Below are positions 39,252-49,094 of a DNA stretch of 64,000 nucleotides, in pieces. Numbering within the stretch: the first letter of the stretch is position 1; the number at the start of each line of letters is the position of its first letter. A program made the position numbers and the translations under genes. The notes beneath the pieces were generated by a model. That model saw only the letters and a list, made by a program, of their open reading frames with translations. It was not told where the DNA came from and ran no database searches. Source of the stretch: Candidatus Pyrohabitans jungbluthii (GTDB lineage Archaea; Hydrothermarchaeota; Hydrothermarchaeia; Hydrothermarchaeales; BMS3B); NCBI GenBank assembly GCA_002010065.2, contig MTMD02000002.1:352001-416000 (forward strand), written 5' to 3'.

Positions 39252-41518
39252 TGAACATAGCATGGTTTGAAGACCTGGGTAAGGACGACGTAGGTATCGC
39301 CGGTGGTAAAGGCGCAAACCTCGGTGAGCTTGTGAGAGCGGGCTTACCTGTGCCGCCTGGCTTTGTTGTGACTGCGCAGGCGTACTCCTACTTCTTAAAG
39401 GAGAGTGGCCTCGCTGATAAGATAATGGAGATTCTGCGCAGCACCGACGTGGACAACAATGAGGAGCTTACAAAGGCTTCGCAGGAGATACGCGAGCTGA
39501 TAACCTCCTCGCCAATGCCAGAAGCTCTGGCAAAGGAGATACTTGAGAGCTACCGCAAGCTATCGCAGAGGGTGGGCAAAGAGGAGGAGTTCGTCGCCGT
39601 GAGAAGCTCTGCCACGGCTGAAGATTTACCGGGGGCGAGCTTCGCGGGGCAGCAGGAGACCTTTCTAAACGTAAAGGGCGACGAGGTAATAGAGTACGTG
39701 CGCCGGTGCTGGAGTTCGCTGTTCACCCCCCGCGCCATCTTCTACCGTGAGAAAAAGGGCTTCGCCCACGAGCGCGTCGCTATAGCCGTCGTAGTTCAGA
39801 AGATGGTCAACGCAGACAAGGCTGGGGTTATGTTTTCTGTTCATCCCGCAACGGGGGAGAAGGACAAGATTGTGATAGAGGCTGCGTGGGGGCTTGGCGA
39901 GGGTGTGGTCTCGGGCACAGTTACGCCGGACCACTACGTGGTTGACAAGGCAAGCAATAAGCTCCTGCACAAGGAGATTGCAGTGAAGGAGATAATGTTC
40001 ACTAAGGATGAGAAGACGGGCAAGACGGTTAAGGTCAAGCTCTCGCCGGAGCGCGCCAAGGCACAGGTGCTTACCGAGGAAGAGCTTGCCCAGCTTGCTG
40101 AGCTCGGGAAGCGGGTGGAGGAGCACTTCGGCTCACCTCAAGATATTGAGTGGGCGTATGAAGCGGGAGAGCTTTACCTACTGCAGTCGAGGCCCATAAC
40201 TGTGCTCTACGAAAAGGAGGCTGAGGAAGAGGAAGTAAGCGAAGCCAAGGAAGTGCTCGTTAAGGGCCTAGCCGCTAGCCCCGGAATAGGCTCCGGTAAG
40301 GTTAAGGTGATATTCAGCGTGGATGAGCTGGACAAGATAAAGGAGGGCGACGTGCTTGTCACGACAATGACAAACCCGGACATGGTGCCTGCGATGAAGC
40401 GCGCCTCTGCCATAGTCACAGACGAGGGTGGGATGACCTGCCATGCCGCGATCGTCTCGAGAGAGCTTGGCATACCCTGCGTCGTGGGCACAGGTGAGGC
40501 AACAAAGGTGCTTCAGGACGGCATGGAGGTAACCGTCGATGGTACAAGGGGCGTAGTCTACCGCGGGCTAACAAAGGTTAAGGAGGAGAAGCGCGAAGAG
40601 GCTGCGATTGTAGCTACGCCAAAGATTATAACCGCCACTGAAGTAAAGGTGAACATCAGCATACCCGAAGTCGCGCCTAGGGTTGCGCCTATCGCGGACG
40701 GCGTGGGCTTGTTACGCGTGGAGCACCTTATTTTAGGCATAGGGAAGCATCCCATGAAGTTCATCCGCGAGGGCCGGGAGGAGGAGTTGATAGAGAAGAT
40801 TGCAGAGGGTGTGCGCAAGGTGGCGCAGCCCTTCTACCCAAAGCCGGTGTGGTACCGCACCCTCGACGCGCCCACTGACGAATTCCGTGGCTTGGAGGGC
40901 GGCGAAGACGAGCCGGTGGAGCACAACCCCATGCTGGGCTGGCGGGGTGTTCGCCGCGCCATAGACCAGCCGGAGCTTCTTCGGGCTGAGTTTAAGGCGA
41001 TTAAGAAGCTCGTAGACGAGGGCTACAACAACATCGGTGTTATGATACCCCTGGTGCAGCACCCTGAGGAGCTTCGCAGAGCAAAGGAGATCGCCCGCGA
41101 AGTGGGACTTGAGCCCCACCGCGACGTCAAGTTCGGTATAATGGTGGAGATACCTGCAGCGGCGCTTATAATCGAGGAGTTCATCCGCGAGGGCATAGAC
41201 TTCATAAGCTTCGGCACCAACGACCTTACACAGTACACCTTGGCAGTGGATAGAAACAACGAACGCGTGGCGAAGCTCTACACCGAGAAGCACCCCGCTG
41301 TGATGAAGCTCATAGAAATGGTGATCAAAGCGTGCCGCAAGGCTGGCGTCGAGACCAGCATCTGCGGGCAGGCGGGCAGCGATCCAGAAGTGGCGAAGAA
41401 GCTGGTGGAGTTCGGCATCTCCAGCATCTCCGCCAACCCGGATGCGGTGCAGAGCATTCGCGAGATGGTAGCAAGGACAGAGATGAGGCTTCTGCTGGAC
41501 AAGGCACGGGAGGGGTAA
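39248..41518 (+). CDS. ppsA: Phosphoenolpyruvate synthase
   Basis: GGKGANLGEL, VRSSATAED, GGMTCHAAIVSRE, SFGTNDLTQ, ICGQ. Confidence 0.96.
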   Translation: MMNIAWFEDLGKDDVGIAGGKGANLGELVRAGLPVPPGFVVTAQAYSYFLKESGLADKIMEILRSTDVDNNEELTKASQEIRELITSSPMPEALAKEILESYRKLSQRVGKEEEFVAVRSSATAEDLPGASFAGQQETFLNVKGDEVIEYVRRCWSSLFTPRAIFYREKKGFAHERVAIAVVVQKMVNADKAGVMFSVHPATGEKDKIVIEAAWGLGEGVVSGTVTPDHYVVDKASNKLLHKEIAVKEIMFTKDEKTGKTVKVKLSPERAKAQVLTEEELAQLAELGKRVEEHFGSPQDIEWAYEAGELYLLQSRPITVLYEKEAEEEEVSEAKEVLVKGLAASPGIGSGKVKVIFSVDELDKIKEGDVLVTTMTNPDMVPAMKRASAIVTDEGGMTCHAAIVSRELGIPCVVGTGEATKVLQDGMEVTVDGTRGVVYRGLTKVKEEKREEAAIVATPKIITATEVKVNISIPEVAPRVAPIADGVGLLRVEHLILGIGKHPMKFIREGREEELIEKIAEGVRKVAQPFYPKPVWYRTLDAPTDEFRGLEGGEDEPVEHNPMLGWRGVRRAIDQPELLRAEFKAIKKLVDEGYNNIGVMIPLVQHPEELRRAKEIAREVGLEPHRDVKFGIMVEIPAAALIIEEFIREGIDFISFGTNDLTQYTLAVDRNNERVAKLYTEKHPAVMKLIEMVIKACRKAGVETSICGQAGSDPEVAKKLVEFGISSISANPDAVQSIREMVARTEMRLLLDKAREG

Positions 41519-41557
41519 CCTCCCTATTTTTTAAATCTTTTTCCTCTGGCGAGGGAC

Positions 41558-42148
41558 ATGCATCGAATTTTCCCAGAGAGGCGGAGCTTCATCGAAGGCT
41601 TGGCGCTGCTCGCCCTCGGAAGCGTTGCAGGTAGCGTGTTCATAACCCTGCTCTACCTCGCACATCCCAAGGCGGCCCCCACTGTGGCTAAAGCCGCAAC
41701 ACAGGTGATTACCACAAAGGTGGAGGTGGTGAAGAGCGCCGGTCTTGGAATGGAGGCAGGCATTTTTTTAGCAAACGTGCTGGCGCTGAGCATAATCCTC
41801 CTGTTCCCCCCTTTTGCATATCGCGTTGAGAGGGACAAGAAGTTCGCCTATTCCACTGTGCCAAAGCTGATGATGGTGCTCATAGGCTTTGAGAGTATCG
41901 GCTTAACCTCACCGCCGCTCTTAGACCTCAAGCTCTACCTGCTCTTCCTCTTCTACCTCTTCCCCCATGGTATACTTGAGTTCAGCTCCATCGCTCTCGC
42001 ATACACCATAGCAAGAGAGGGAGGCTTTTCACGAAGCGCTGGAGCAAGAGCGCTCATTGCCTTTCTGCTTCTCATCCCAGCAGCTTATATAGAGGTGCAC
42101 ATCTCTCTGAGCTTCGCGCTGCAGGCGATGCAGGCGCTCTTCAGCTAG
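41558..42148 (+). CDS. SpoIIM/DUF95-like membrane protein
   Basis: IFLAN, PHGILE, AAYIE. Confidence 0.75.
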   Translation: MHRIFPERRSFIEGLALLALGSVAGSVFITLLYLAHPKAAPTVAKAATQVITTKVEVVKSAGLGMEAGIFLANVLALSIILLFPPFAYRVERDKKFAYSTVPKLMMVLIGFESIGLTSPPLLDLKLYLLFLFYLFPHGILEFSSIALAYTIAREGGFSRSAGARALIAFLLLIPAAYIEVHISLSFALQAMQALFS

Positions 42149-42906
42149 TCCACCTGATTCAGCCTTATCCTTACCGTTGCCACAGGGTCAATGGGATCGT
42201 TGGACTGAATGTACACCTCGCGGATAACATAGCCTCGTAGGTCAGGGTGAACAGTGGGGTCGTAGTAAACTTTTAAGATGGCGGTTTCGCCAGGCGCGAG
42301 CTTCGCAGCCAAGCGAGAAGGATTGCTGCCGTCGCCCATATCCATTCCAAACCTCGGTCCCTCGACGCCCTTCACCACAAGCGAAGCGGTGGTGCATCCA
42401 CAGGAGGTGGCTAAGCTGGTGATGACAAGCTCCTTCTTGCCCTCGTTCTTGATGTGGAATATGGTTTCAACCACGCCGCCGCGAACACTAACATTGCCCA
42501 GGTCAGCGCTGACCGGGAACACGCTTATCTGTGGTCTATCTTTGGGTGCGTTTTTGATCAGGTATGCCCTGAACTCGGCTTTTGCAGCCTCATCCCTGAA
42601 GGAGTCCATGCCGTACCGCGCTACATACTTGGTCATCACCTGCATTTTATCCAGGCCGGCGTCGATTAGGCCGTCAGCATAAGCCTTGCGCTCTATCGCA
42701 AGCTCACAGCACTCTGCGCTTATCGGCTCACCGCAGCATGGGCACTGAAAGGTATTGTAAATCTCATCGTAGGCAACCTGAACCCCATTGCTAGAAGGTA
42801 AAGCTGAAAATTTGGCCGCCGCGAGCCCGCTTGCGCCCCCGAGAAGAAAAACCACCGTGAGGAGGGCGGCAAGGTATATTCTATCACCGAGGATTCTTAT
42901 CATCAA
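42145..42906 (-). CDS. Membrane-anchored Cys-rich domain plus DUF1573 Ig-like domain
   Basis: CPCC...ECC; DLG.V, IKNEG..L.I....TSCGCT, L.PGE, SNDP. Confidence 0.72.
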   Translation of the reverse strand: MMIRILGDRIYLAALLTVVFLLGGASGLAAAKFSALPSSNGVQVAYDEIYNTFQCPCCGEPISAECCELAIERKAYADGLIDAGLDKMQVMTKYVARYGMDSFRDEAAKAEFRAYLIKNAPKDRPQISVFPVSADLGNVSVRGGVVETIFHIKNEGKKELVITSLATSCGCTTASLVVKGVEGPRFGMDMGDGSNPSRLAAKLAPGETAILKVYYDPTVHPDLRGYVIREVYIQSNDPIDPVATVRIRLNQVD

Positions 42907-42957
42907 TAACTCTTTGCCAGTGCCTTTTATTTCCTTTTTCCCAAATCTCTACCAATT

Positions 42958-43488
42958 TTACTCCTGGGTTAATTCCAGGCTGCAGGTGGAGTGAAGTCCA
43001 GATTTAATAAGGTGGTGTCTTGCTGCATAGAGGACTATAAACCCAATGGTATACGCAAGCACATTCACCCCAATGTTGCTTGCCCCCACTTCCCTGAACT
43101 CGTAGGGCAGGAGAATCACTGCCATCAGAATCACAATCAGCGAGACCTCCAGAACCTCGCTCAGAAGGGCACCCATTCGTTTGCAGGCGTATCTGTGGTA
43201 CTGCCTCAGTATCCTGAAAAGCTCCAGCATTATCAGAGAGGTGCCAAAGTGCTGGAAAAATATCTTCTGCTCCTCGACCTTATGGATCGGCGGGTTAAAG
43301 TTGTAGGTGATTATCCAAACATCATAGATGTACCTCAGAAAGTGATAAAGGGAGATGGTTGCGGATGTTCCAACCGCTATCAGCAGGATTATTATAAAGA
43401 GCCTGAAAGGTCTCCTTATATCCTCCTTAACCCCCTTAACAAAGTCAGAGAACACACCTCTAATGACCTTATCAGCATTTTCTTTCAT
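42958..43488 (-). CDS. PsiE-like membrane protein
   Basis: Four TM segments; LIMLELFR.L.QY, EV.LIV. Confidence 0.55.
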   Translation of the reverse strand: MKENADKVIRGVFSDFVKGVKEDIRRPFRLFIIILLIAVGTSATISLYHFLRYIYDVWIITYNFNPPIHKVEEQKIFFQHFGTSLIMLELFRILRQYHRYACKRMGALLSEVLEVSLIVILMAVILLPYEFREVGASNIGVNVLAYTIGFIVLYAARHHLIKSGLHSTCSLELTQE

Positions 43489-43562
43489 TTACCCACCCAT
43501 TCTTTAAACTTTTGAAGAAAATTTGCTCATCCATGACATATAAAAATAGCGGGGCAGTAATA

Positions 43563-44813
43563 CTATATTTTGTGCATTTCCCTCCTAATGCCTATGGTCG
43601 ACACAACACCTGCGAAAGCCAGGCTTAGCGACGAGGCGATGGCGGCGCCGGTTATTCCAAAGCCAGGAATGAGGAGGAGGTTGAGAAGCACATCCAGGGT
43701 TGCGGCAGCGCCGAGAATTTTCATTGGTAGCGAGGGCTTGCCCAAGCCCTGAAATATCCCCGAATTCACTGTGAAGAACCCGTAGAAGAAGCTGCCCACC
43801 GTTAGAATCCTGAAGGGGTATGCCGCCTCTGCGTAAGCGGAGCCGAAGAGCAGGGTTATTATCGGCTTGGCGAAAAGCAGGGCTATAGCGGTGGCAACGC
43901 CCAGGATTGGAAAGAGCAGCCTGTAGGACTTCTCCACCTGCGTTCTCAACGCTGCCCTGTCGCTTTTTGCGCTCAGGGCGGCTACGCTCGGGAGCAACGC
44001 TGCGGTGAGCGCCGAGGCGAAGGCTAAGCCGAGCCTTGCGGTGGGCGAAGCAGCGCTGTAGATGCCCACCTCCTGGGGCGGGAGGTAAACGCCGAGCAGG
44101 AGGATGTCCACATAGGCGAGGGCAAAGGCTGCGACGGAAGTCAGGGAGACGGGTATGGAGAAAATGAAAACCCCCTTAAAGGCGGCAAGGCTTCTCCTTG
44201 CGCTGGAGATTCCAAGGCTGCGGAAGAGGAGGTACGCGAGAAGCATCGCTACAGCGAAGCCCAGAGTTGAGCCCAGAATTGCGCTGTTTGCAGTGGCTGA
44301 GATGAACACCACTAGCACGAGGGCAAACGCTATCCTCAGCGCCTGCTGTGCAGCGAGGGTTAAAGAGAGGGTGCCGAACCTTCTCAACCCCTGAAACACA
44401 CCCGAGAGGGCCGCAAGGGCAAAGCCAAAGGGGAGCGCAATAGCTGAGATGCGCAGCGTGGTAACCAGCGAGGGCTCGCGGAAAACTTCAATGGCGAGGG
44501 GCGCTAAAGTAAAGAAAACAGCGCCGAGAAGCACCCCAGCTAGGGTGTAGTAGAGCAGCGAAGAGGCGGCAATTTCATCTCGCCTGCGAAGCTCACCCCT
44601 TGCGTGCTCCTCGGCGATGAACTTGGCCAAGCTGGGCGCTATTCCAGAGGAGGCGAGCACAACCACGAAGAACTGCAGGGGCAGAGCGAGGTTGAGGAGG
44701 CCAAACTCATAGGGGGAGAGCAACCTTCCCATTAAAATGCGGTATACGTAGCTTCCAAAGCGCACCACAAGGTTGCTCAGAGTGAGAGTTAGGCTTGACC
44801 TGAGGAGGCTCAT
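43563..44813 (-). CDS. MOP-superfamily flippase (Wzx/AglR-like)
   Basis: About 12 TM; GRLL.P.EFG, D.LLLG......VGIYSAA, LNLLLIP.FG..GAA. Confidence 0.88.
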   Translation of the reverse strand: MSLLRSSLTLTLSNLVVRFGSYVYRILMGRLLSPYEFGLLNLALPLQFFVVVLASSGIAPSLAKFIAEEHARGELRRRDEIAASSLLYYTLAGVLLGAVFFTLAPLAIEVFREPSLVTTLRISAIALPFGFALAALSGVFQGLRRFGTLSLTLAAQQALRIAFALVLVVFISATANSAILGSTLGFAVAMLLAYLLFRSLGISSARRSLAAFKGVFIFSIPVSLTSVAAFALAYVDILLLGVYLPPQEVGIYSAASPTARLGLAFASALTAALLPSVAALSAKSDRAALRTQVEKSYRLLFPILGVATAIALLFAKPIITLLFGSAYAEAAYPFRILTVGSFFYGFFTVNSGIFQGLGKPSLPMKILGAAATLDVLLNLLLIPGFGITGAAIASSLSLAFAGVVSTIGIRREMHKI

Positions 44814-44920
44814 CCTTTATGGTATAAGGGGCGTGGATAATAAGGGTTTTGATGGAAACAACAAAGTAGCCACTATATCCTATTATTTTAGAAAAGTGGA
44901 CTTCACCACTTTCGGCTGGT

Positions 44921-45322
44921 TTATTTGTTTAATTTTTCGATGTCTAATGGCGGAATTTCTTTATATGGTTTCTTTTCATCTGATTTTTTTATATCTTTTA
45001 CTAATTTGTTATATTCAATAATCTTTGACTGAAGTTCTACGAATTCTGATTGTAGTTTTATTATATCCCTCATCTGGCGGATCTCTTCTGATTTTTTCCA
45101 TCCTTCAATTCCTTTGAAAATTAAATAAATACCAATTATAGCAAATAAGAAATCAAAAAGAAATGCCTGGAAATAATTATTTTCAATCCAAGTATAAATA
45201 GTATTTCCTATAGTATGACCAATTAATACCCACAGATAAAACGAAAGAACAAATAAAGCGATTCCAAGAATAATAATAAATGTATGAAATCTTTTGAAAG
45301 TATCAGAAGGTATGAAATTCAT
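44921..45322 (-). CDS. Hypothetical AT-rich membrane protein with coiled-coil tail
   Basis: Two TM segments; SD GGAG; composition unlike neighbours. Confidence 0.55.
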   Translation of the reverse strand: MNFIPSDTFKRFHTFIIILGIALFVLSFYLWVLIGHTIGNTIYTWIENNYFQAFLFDFLFAIIGIYLIFKGIEGWKKSEEIRQMRDIIKLQSEFVELQSKIIEYNKLVKDIKKSDEKKPYKEIPPLDIEKLNK

Positions 45323-45530
45323 TTATTTCAACTCCTATCCCATGCCCCAGCATTTTTAGACTTTTGCTATATTTATGGTAAACCAGTTTTTATATTTTAT
45401 CACTCATATCCAAATCTTTTAAGCAAGTACTGAACAAAAAAGGGGATAAATATGCCCAGATCTGCAAAAAGATCTATGGTTTCTTGGGTCAACAGATAAG
45501 AGGATAAGATAATGCTATATTTGTAGATGT

Positions 45531-46910
45531 CTACTTCCCCATCAGATACTCATGAATCGCCTGCGCAGCACGCTTCCCGGCGCCCATGGCGGCGATTACA
45601 GTCGCCTGCCCGGTGGTTATATCTCCGCCAGCGAAGACCCCCTGCTTGGAGGTGCGCCCCCACTCATCTACAACGATAGTACCTCGCTTGGTGGTTTCAA
45701 TCTCCGGGTGCTTCATCGCTATTATTGGGTTGGGGCTCTGACCTATGGCTATGATTACCGTGTCCGCCTCAACCTCAAACTCAGACCCCTCCACCGGCAC
45801 AGGACTGCGGCGCCCGCTCGCATCTGGCTCGCCGAGCTCGCACCGCAAGCAACGCACCCTGCGAACCTCTCCGCGCTCATCGCCCACAAAGGCTACAGGC
45901 AGGGTGAGGAACATGAACTTAATACCCTCCTCGCGGGCGTGCTCCACCTCCTCCCTGCGGGCGGGCATCTCCTCCTCGCTCCTGCGGTAGATAATCGTAA
46001 CCTCTGCGCCCAGGCGGCGGGCGCAGCGTGCGGCGTCCATGGCTACGTTGCCCGCGCCTATAACAGCTACTTTCTCCCCCACTTTTATCGGGGTGTCGTA
46101 CTCTGGGAAGAGGTATGCCTTCATCAGGTTAACGCGGAAGAGGAACTCGTTGCCAGAGTATATGCCATTCAGATTCTCCCCGGGTATGCCAAGGAAGCGG
46201 GGCAAGCCGGCGCCCGTGCCCAAGAATACGGCGTCGTAGCCGAGCTCAAACAGCTCGTCTATGTCGTAGGTGGCGCCCACCAGCACGTTCGTCTCAATCT
46301 CAACGCCAAGGCTCTTAACGTACTCCACCTCCGCATCAAGCACCTCTCTGGGTAAGCGAAACTCGGGTATGCCATAGGCGAGCACACCTCCTGGCGAATG
46401 CAGCGCTTCAAAGATTGTAACGCTGTGCCCCCGCTCCGCCAGGTAGGCGGCGACAGTTAAGCCTGCGGGCCCTGAGCCCACGACAGCCACGCGCTTGCCG
46501 GTAGGCTCTGCTATTGCCGGCTTCCGCATTCCGCGGGAGCGCTCATAGTCTGCGGCGAAGCGTTCCAGCCTGCCTATCGCTAGGGGCTCAAAGCGCTTGC
46601 CCAGGGTGCACCTCGCCTCGCACTGCTTCTCCTGCGGGCACACTCTACCTGTGATTCCCGGCAGGTAGTTGCTCTCCCGTATAATCGCTATAGCCTTGTC
46701 GAAATCGCCATCGCGAATCGCGCGCACAAAAGAGGGGATGTCTATTCCAACGGGGCAGCCGCTCACGCAGGGTTTATCTTTGCACTGCAGACAGCGCTTT
46801 GCCTCCTGCACCGCTTCCTCCTCGGAGTAACCCAGAGCAACCTCAGCGAAGCTCTTCACCCTCTCCTCAGGGGCAAGTTCCCGCATAGGTACGCGCTTCT
46901 CCCGCTTCAT
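45531..46910 (-). CDS. nfnB: Electron-bifurcating transhydrogenase large subunit (NfnB/SudA/GltD-like)
   Basis: RCLQC..PC..GCP, GRVCPQE.QCE, GSGPAG, YGIPEFRLP, GAGNVAMD, YRR. Confidence 0.9.
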   Translation of the reverse strand: MKREKRVPMRELAPEERVKSFAEVALGYSEEEAVQEAKRCLQCKDKPCVSGCPVGIDIPSFVRAIRDGDFDKAIAIIRESNYLPGITGRVCPQEKQCEARCTLGKRFEPLAIGRLERFAADYERSRGMRKPAIAEPTGKRVAVVGSGPAGLTVAAYLAERGHSVTIFEALHSPGGVLAYGIPEFRLPREVLDAEVEYVKSLGVEIETNVLVGATYDIDELFELGYDAVFLGTGAGLPRFLGIPGENLNGIYSGNEFLFRVNLMKAYLFPEYDTPIKVGEKVAVIGAGNVAMDAARCARRLGAEVTIIYRRSEEEMPARREEVEHAREEGIKFMFLTLPVAFVGDERGEVRRVRCLRCELGEPDASGRRSPVPVEGSEFEVEADTVIIAIGQSPNPIIAMKHPEIETTKRGTIVVDEWGRTSKQGVFAGGDITTGQATVIAAMGAGKRAAQAIHEYLMGK

Positions 46911-47734
46911 GTGCCTTCCTCATACAGCTCGAATGCAAGCCTCTCCTCTTCCTTAAAGAACTCCTGTCTGCGCTGGAGTTCGTCGAAGTCAACCTCAGTG
47001 GCGTCGAACTCTGGACCATCGACGCATGCAAACTTGGTGCTGCCTGCGACGGTAACGCGGCAAGCCCCGCACATGCCGGTGCCGTCCAGCATTATAGCAC
47101 CAAGGCTGGCGGTAGCCTTAATCCCATGCTTCTTTGCAATCTTGCCCACGGTTTTCATCATCTTCGTGGGACCTATAGCCAAGATGTAGTCCACATGGTT
47201 GTGCTTAAGGTACTCACGCAGCGCTGCCACGGCGTAGCCGCGCATGCCCGCGCTGCCGTCGTCCGTCGCTATAATAACTTCATCGCAAAGCCTGCGCATG
47301 CGCTCCTCAAAGATTATATAATCCTTGCTCTTCGCCCCCATTATCACCGTAACCCTATTGCCAGCCTGCTTGAGCGCCCTCACTATGGAGTACAGCGCAC
47401 CCGCGGTGCCCTGTCGGCAGATAGCGACGACGTTACCGTAGCGGCGGATCTCGCTTGGCTTGCCGAGGGGGCCCAAAAGGTCGAGGATAGCGTCGCCCTC
47501 CTTGAGGCTGGCGAGCATCTTGCTCGTTTTGCCCACCTCGTGCACCACCATTGTTAGGGTGCCAGCTTCGCGATCGAAGTCTGAGATGGTCATGGGTATG
47601 CGCTCGCCCTTCTCGTGCACCCTGACAATGACGAACTGCCCTGGCTGAATCTTCTTCGCAATCTGAGGCGAGCGTATGACAAAAAGCTTGTAACCTGGAG
47701 CTAACTCTGCCTTATGAACAATTTCGTGACGCAT
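46907..47734 (-). CDS. nfnA: Transhydrogenase small subunit (NfnA/SudB)
   Basis: PGQFVI, ERIP, GPLG, TDDGS, DGTGMCGACRV, CVDGPEF. Confidence 0.88.
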   Translation of the reverse strand: MRHEIVHKAELAPGYKLFVIRSPQIAKKIQPGQFVIVRVHEKGERIPMTISDFDREAGTLTMVVHEVGKTSKMLASLKEGDAILDLLGPLGKPSEIRRYGNVVAICRQGTAGALYSIVRALKQAGNRVTVIMGAKSKDYIIFEERMRRLCDEVIIATDDGSAGMRGYAVAALREYLKHNHVDYILAIGPTKMMKTVGKIAKKHGIKATASLGAIMLDGTGMCGACRVTVAGSTKFACVDGPEFDATEVDFDELQRRQEFFKEEERLAFELYEEGT

Positions 47735-47797
47735 TCTCGCAACCTCAGAGCTAAAGCTAACGCTGAAGCAATGCCTAACGAGGTAAAATTAGTAGGA

Positions 47798-48049
47798 CTA
47801 CTCGCCGCGAAGCGCCTTAAGCTTTTCGCTGCCCACACACTTCTCGGCGTACTCACACCAGTTTATGCACAGGTTTTCACGGGTTTTCCTAACAATGGTG
47901 CCGCACTCCTCACACTCTGCCTCCACTTCGTCTGTCCATATCTCAACCTCGCTCTTGCAGTTGGGGCAGAGCACATACTCCGGCTTGGGGCGCTTTATCT
48001 CCGCACTTCCCGGGCAGCTTGCCTTTATTGCACTAATGTCTTCAGCCAT
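47798..48049 (-). CDS. Small Cys-rich metal-binding protein
   Basis: CPG, CPNC, EIWTDE, CEECG, C..WCEYAEKC. Confidence 0.75.
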   Translation of the reverse strand: MAEDISAIKASCPGSAEIKRPKPEYVLCPNCKSEVEIWTDEVEAECEECGTIVRKTRENLCINWCEYAEKCVGSEKLKALRGE

Positions 48050-48217
48050 GTCTCCTCGGGATTATTTTAAAAATTAACCTTAATTACATTATCGGCGAAA
48101 ATGTTCGATGGCGAAGAGGCAGGCGTTTCCCAGTGAAGTACAGGCTAAACGAAGTTGGGAGCAAGATGTTGAACTCATCAAAGAGATAGATGTAGTCTAC
48201 AACAACGGCTTCAAAGG

Positions 48218-48859
48218 TCAATGGAAAATATACCTCGCCTCAGCAATTTTTTCCACAAACTCAGTCTCGCTGACCTTTCCCTCAATGTTCAGCCTGTCGT
48301 TTATCACAACCTTGGGCACAGAGGTGACCTGGTACTTGACCACAAGCTTCGGAAATTCCAGCGTATCCACAACGTCCACACGGAAGTTTTCATTAAGCAG
48401 GGCGAAGCGGTTTGCTGTGCTTACAACTCCGGGACAATAAGGGCAGGTAGGCGTAGTAAAGATGCGAAGGTGAAAGGGCGAGGTTATCTTTGAGATTCTG
48501 CGCTTTGATTCTTCCTTTAGCTTGGGCGTCCTAAGAGAAGCTTCCACAAGGGTGTCAATGAAGGGCACAACCTCCTGCCCGGAGGGCGTGCCGTAGTAAA
48601 CTATCTTGTAACCATGAATCAGAAGCGCTGGCATGTATGCGATGCGGTGCCTCTTTGCTTCTTTGCTCTCAGGCGTCAAACCCTTAGTAACCTTAATTTT
48701 TGGAGAAAACCCCTGAAGCTCTGCGATAAACTCTTCCATCTCACGGCAGTAGAGGCAGGAAGAGGCGTGGGTAAAAAGCATGAGATGAACCTCCTCCCCA
48801 AGCTCTTTTAGGGCCTTCTCTGCATAGCTTCTCACATGTTCCTCGAACTTATATACCAT
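48218..48859 (-). CDS. Protein disulfide oxidoreductase (two thioredoxin folds)
   Basis: CLYC and CPYC, G.PSG.E, SVP. Confidence 0.88.
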   Translation of the reverse strand: MVYKFEEHVRSYAEKALKELGEEVHLMLFTHASSCLYCREMEEFIAELQGFSPKIKVTKGLTPESKEAKRHRIAYMPALLIHGYKIVYYGTPSGQEVVPFIDTLVEASLRTPKLKEESKRRISKITSPFHLRIFTTPTCPYCPGVVSTANRFALLNENFRVDVVDTLEFPKLVVKYQVTSVPKVVINDRLNIEGKVSETEFVEKIAEARYIFH

Positions 48860-48871
48860 AACTACCTCCTT

Positions 48872-49000
48872 CTACCTCCTCCCCACCCTGCAAGAGGTAC
48901 ACACACCAGCGACGTAGTGGTGCTCGCAAACTAAGCGACCACACAGCGAACAGGTGAAGCGAGCGGGTTTTCCACAAATGTGACACAAGCCAGCCAGCAT
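48872..49000 (-). CDS. Small Zn-finger protein (42 aa; below ORF-track cutoff)
   Basis: MLAGLCHICGKPARFTCSLCGRLVCEHHYVAGVCTSCRVGRR; SD GGAGG. Confidence 0.75.
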   Translation of the reverse strand: MLAGLCHICGKPARFTCSLCGRLVCEHHYVAGVCTSCRVGRR

Positions 49001-49094
49001 TCTAACCCTCCAAGTGCTCTCCCAGCACCTCTATTGCGGCGCGATACTCCTCGTAACTCTCCATGCTTATTGTTCTACCTACGAGAATAAAATA

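Noticed and set aside
48108-48440. 110-aa plus-strand ORF
   Set aside because: Mostly antisense to the disulfide oxidoreductase, with no recognisable motif.
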